Shown here: positions 59,300 to 64,000 of the stretch, in pieces
Numbering within the stretch: position 1 is the stretch's first letter
How the letters are laid out: every line of letters begins with the position of its first letter
NCBI RefSeq assembly: GCF_030028105.1
Contig: NC_092380.1
Coordinates: 70,305,717-70,369,716, forward strand
Direction: 5' to 3'
Origin: Mobula birostris
Taxonomy: Eukaryota
Length of the DNA stretch: 64,000 nt
Made by a program: the position numbers and the translations under genes
The notes under the pieces: model-generated
Told to the model about the DNA's origin: nothing
Databases searched by the model: none
The model's input: the letters and a program-made list of their open reading frames with translations, nothing else

Positions 59300-59830
59300 T
59301 TCTTAAAAAGGACTGAGGTCCTTTAACATCTGTCGGACGATGCTGAGGATGTTCTATGAGTCTGTGGTTGCCAGTGCGGTCATGTTTGCTCTTGTGTGCT
59401 GGGGCAGCAGGCTGAGGGTAGCAGACACCAACAGAATCAACAACCTCATTCGTAAGGCCAGTGATGTTGTGGGGATGGAACTGGACTCTCTGACGCTGGT
59501 GTCTGAAAAGAGGATGCTGTCCAAGTTGCATGCCATCTTGGACAATGTCTCCCATCCACTACATAATGTACTGGATGGGCACAGGAGTACATTCAGCCAG
59601 AGACTCATTCCACCGAGATGCAACACAGAGCGTCATAGGAAGTCATTCCTGCCTGTGGCCATCAAACCTTACAACTCCTCCCTTGGAGGGTCAGACACCC
59701 TGAGCCAATAGGCTGGTCCTGGACTTATTTCCTGGGATAATTTACATATTACTATTTAATTATTTATGGTGCAACTGTAACGAAAACCAATTTCCCTCGG
59801 GATCAATAAAGTATGACTATGACTATGACT
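59300..59830 (+). mobile_element. Rex1/Babar-type LINE 3' fragment
   Basis: MLRMFYESVVASAVMFALVCWG..KSFLPVAIK; tail aataaag(tatgac)3. Confidence 0.82.
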
Positions 59831-59879
59831 ATAAAACCATCACTTCATTGTTGAAAGAGAATATCCTCAAAGTCTCCAA

Positions 59880-60390
59880 AAACAAGGCTTTGGAGAGGTG
59901 CAGAAGAGGTTTACCAGGATGCTGCCTGGATTAGAGGGCCTGTGCAATAATGAGAGATTGGACAAATTTAGGTTGTTTTCTCTAAAGCAGAGGAGGCTTA
60001 GGGGAGATCTGATAGAGGTTTATAAGATTATGAGAGCCACAGAGTACTGTATATAGACAGTATCTTTTTTCAAGGCTTGAAATGTCAGATACCAGAGCCC
60101 ATTTAAGGTAAGAGGGGTTAAATTCAAAGGAGATATGAGGGGCTAGATGCTTTTACACAGAGATTGTTGGGTACCTGGAATGTGCTGCCTGGGGTAGTGG
60201 TAGAGACTGACACATGAGGGAATTTTAGGAGACTTTTAGATAGGGACATGAACGTGAGGGAAATGGAAGGATATCACCATTGCGTAGCAGAAGCGAAGAG
60301 TTAAGTTGGCCATTTGATTACTAATTTAATTGGTTTGGCATAACATTGTGGGCTGAAGGGTCAGTTCCTGTGCTGTACTGTTCTATTTTC
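59880..60390 (+). mobile_element. CR1 LINE 3' fragment
   Basis: tggagaggtgcagaagaggtttaccaggatgctgcctgga.. and a CR1-type 3' end. Confidence 0.78.
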
Positions 60391-62459
60391 TATATGGGTA
60401 AGAAGTAGGAACAAAAAAGAGTATTGTCACTTGACTGGGGATGTATTACAGACATTCAAACGGTCAAAAATAAATTGAACAGATATATAGGCAGATGTCA
60501 GGGAGGTGCAAGAAAAATGTTATAGTATCAGGGGATTTTAATTTCCTGAAAAATAATAGGAAATATCTTCAAATAAAAGGCTTCGTGAAGGAACCTTGTT
60601 TATTTTAGATGTATTCAAGAGAGTGTTGGATTGGCGTATAGAATTGTTAATTTTCTTGCTTTTTAACTTTGTTTTGCTTGCTTATATTTTTATACAATCA
60701 GCTATATAATGTAGCTTTTCAATGAATTTTCCAACAATTACAGCACAGTTGGCTCTGTATTTTTCAAGAAACTTTTCAGATTCAGTAGCAAGTGTCATAC
60801 AACTTGAATCTGGATATTTTATTAGTTAACTGTTATCAGTACAATGTCTGTTAACTGTCTGGTTATAAGAAGGCCATGATTACTTTTTAGTCTAGTCTTT
60901 TCTTTGAACTCTCAACGCTTCTTCTTGTTCTTCTTTGCTATTATAACATTTAATAAAACAATAGTAAGCATCAATTCTATGCTTCATTCTTGTTCTCCGA
61001 AGAACCTTTAGATTGCTTAAACATTGGGATCCAACAGCTTGGTGGAGACAGCAGGATGGTTGCGAAAAATTAAGGGGTAGAATAATCCCAGATGAAGGGA
61101 AATATTTTGCTCCACACATGCAACCTTCCTCCTTACTTTACTAACAGTCAGAGAAATCTCATTCTTGCTTCAATACAGCATCTAAACAAAGGAGATTTAG
61201 GATAAAGTTAAATGTGAAAAAAATTAAATTTGGTTGCAAATCTAGTGATTAAAAAATGGAAGTAACAATTAAAGTGTTCTGCATAACAAAAATTGTTACA
61301 AGCTGGAAGAGTATCAATAAAATTAAAATTGTTACAAGCTTTGTTGAGTGTCAATAAAATTATCATCAGATCATTAAGTTCACAAATTAAGCGTTATGTG
61401 CAGCGAAGCAGTGTCCAAAGTAGTGCAACCCACGACAGAACAAGGAACTGATCCCCCAGTCGTTAGGTGTGAACAGATGACTGAGAGTTAGGGTTCTTGC
61501 CTGTACAAAATATTTCAATTTTCCAAGATTAATGAAGAAATCAGAGTGAAATATGCTGTCAGTGTTGAGTCTCATGAAACTTGGCTGCTAGTAAATATTA
61601 AAAAAATCATGAGAAAAACCTTGGGAATGCTTGAGGGAAAGAAAAAAAAAACTGCATGTGTGTTATCACAGTTAAAAGAGAAATGAACATGCTGAGTTGG
61701 AAGATCAAATATGTGGTTTTAAAAGTGAACACGTTGAGTCAGAAGACTGAACATGTAAGTTAACAGAATAAGTAAAAAAGTTAACTAAACAAGTGGAAAA
61801 GGAAAACTGATGAACTACAGAAACTGCATGACAGAGACAGTAAAAATTCTAAGGAGCAAATCTTAGAATTAACTGAACGAGCGAAAGAACTATGGACTAA
61901 GTGTAATCGCATGAAATTGCATTGCATGGAGCTTCAAGATAAAATGAAGTAGTGTCAGAAAATCCAGCAGAGACCTCAAGTGGAGTGATGCTCCTCCTTG
62001 GAAAACACTCCGGATATTGGACAGTCTTATGAGGCAATGCCACATGCCCAACTCAGAGGAATTAGGGGATGGAAATTGCAAGGACTGTACAGAGAGCTAT
62101 AGTGACACAAGTGAAGATGGCAATAATGGAACAATAGGTTACCCAACCATATAATGACTTGCCCCAATAAAGACCAAGGAAGTGATAATACCCAGAACTG
62201 AAGATGGGAATTATGAAAAGAGACAGGTTTATCATCAACCAGCTGGATTGGAAAAGATTGATAAATGGTCCAAAGAGTTTTCACATCCTAAAAAAGGAGG
62301 TTTAACATCTTCAATGTATTAAGAACCTATACAACACCCATTTTGTTGGAGGAAGGTGGTTGAGTGCAAGCAAAAGACTTTTGAAAGCATTTCTGAATAT
62401 GAGGAACACTACAGAACAGTGTGGTTGAGTTACTCAGGAGTTAATAACAGTCAACCATC

Positions 62460-64000
62460 CCCTAATGGTCGATCCATCAACAATTTTCAATGCCCTAAAG
62501 CCATCGCGCAACTGGTTTAAAATTATCAATGTGGCCAGTGGATTCTGGTTTGTACCACTGGCATAGGAATGTCAGCCATAGTTGGCTTTTACACTTAATG
62601 GACAACACTATCCCACTGACTACCACATGGCTCTGAGACAACATCTTAGGGACTTACCAGCCATAAATTTGACTATCATACAGTATGTAGATGACAAACT
62701 AATTGCATTTTACAATGAAGAGCAAAATGAACATGAAGTGTTTTATTTGCTTGATTTATCCTCCAAAGGTTCACAAAGCAAATTTGGACAAGGCACAATT
62801 GCAACAATAAGAAGCAATTTATTTGGGACAGAAAATTTCAAAAGTTCAAAGTAAAATTTATTATCAGAGTACAGACATTTCACCATGTACAACCCTGAGA
62901 TTCTATTTTTTGTGGGCATACTCAGACAATCTATAGAACTATAACTGTAAACAGGATGAATGAAAAACAAACGGTGCAAATGCAAATATAAATAAATAGC
63001 AATAAATAACAAGAGCATGAAATAACAAGATAAAGAGTCCTTAAAGTGAGATCATTGGTTGTGGGAACACCAGATGTAGAATGAGTGTAGTTACCCTCTT
63101 TTGTCAAGAGCCTGAAGCTTGAGGGGTAGTAAGTGTTCTTGAACCCAGGGGCGTGAGTCCTGAGGCACTGATGGCAGCAGCTGGAAAAGTACGTGGCCTG
63201 GGGTGGTGAGGATCTTTGATGATGGATGCTGCTTTTCTTACAATGTTACATGTAGATGTGCTCAATGGTTGGGAGGTTTTTACCCATGATGCTCTGGGCT
63301 GAATTCATGACTTTTTGTAAGATTTCCCGCTCAGAAGCATTGGTGTTCCTCTACCAGGTCATAACGCAGCCAGTCAGTACATCACACCACACATCTATTG
63401 TCAAAGTTTTTGAGCACATGCCAAATCTCCGCAGACTCCTAAGGAAATAGAGGCACTGTCATGCTTTCTTTGTAATTACAATTATATGATGACTCCAGGA
63501 CTTGACGTATGAGATAGTGACAGCCATGAATTTAATGTTTCTGACACTCTCCACCTCTGCTCCTCCGTTGAATTCTGTCTCATGAACCCCTGGTTTCCTT
63601 CTCCTGAAGTCTACTATCAATTCCTCGGTTTTGCTGACATTGAGTAAGAGGTTGTTGTTATGACACGACACCGTCAAATTTTCAATCTCCCTCCTGCAAA
63701 GGCTGGCAAATCTGCAACCACCTACAACAATCCAGCAACTGTGATAATTTCTGGGTTTGTGTAACTACAGCAGAGCGTGGGTTGAATCATCTCCTGAAAT
63801 TGGACTACCACTCAACATCTCTTGAAGGGGAGAAACTGCTTAGATGATCGTGTGATTCTGAATGAAGAACAACTGGAAGCATTTCAAACTTTAATAGTGA
63901 CAGGATGTGCAGGTCCTGCATTAGGAATCCATGATATGTGTAAACCATTTACCCTGTACGTCAAGGGGAAACATGGCTGCATGATGGCAGTCATAGCTCA
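62460..64000 (+). mobile_element. Endogenous-retrovirus-like pol remnants
   Basis: DPSTIFNAL..WFKIINVASGFWFVPLA*..LAFTLNGQHY, IIQYVDD, FLGLCNYSRAWV and GPALGIHDMCKPFTLYV; split by a LINE at about 62830-63690. Confidence 0.72.
62830..63690 (-). mobile_element. Rex1/Babar-type LINE 3' fragment
   Basis: NNLLLNVSKTEELIVDFRR on the minus strand; tail (tttgaac)2 at 62835. Confidence 0.75.

Overview
Vertebrate genomic DNA. The repeat content (CR1, Rex1/Babar, L1/Tx1, Penelope-type hammerhead repeats, Tc1, Tigger, Gypsy) suggests a cartilaginous fish, probably a batoid; this is inference. The window holds one multi-exon immunoglobulin-superfamily gene on the minus strand (ATG 55297 to TGA 3179). By hand splicing, all introns are GT-AG and phase 1. 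The order is signal peptide - V-set - C1-set - transmembrane exon - four C1-type Ig domains - four intact 45-nt acidic/Ser micro-exons - a terminal Ig domain - stop, about 950 aa. The N-terminal V-C1-TM part resembles B7-H6(NCR3LG1)/tapasin-type proteins. Five Ig domains lie after the only TM segment and are therefore predicted to be cytoplasmic; three of them have lost canonical disulfide cysteines. The 8.6-29.7 kb region is a tandem array of an exon-bearing unit, with a near-identical 4343-bp duplication and an N gap. It contains live micro-exons, micro-exons killed by insertion and six dead Ig C1 exons. Intron 1 holds a deep transposon nest (Gypsy > L1 > Tigger-in-Tigger and Tc1 > Gmr1-like Gypsy). 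An intact minimal type I hammerhead ribozyme lies downstream of the gene in its sense orientation, and ERV-like pol fragments lie at the right end. All of this was read by eye; no searches or alignments were run.
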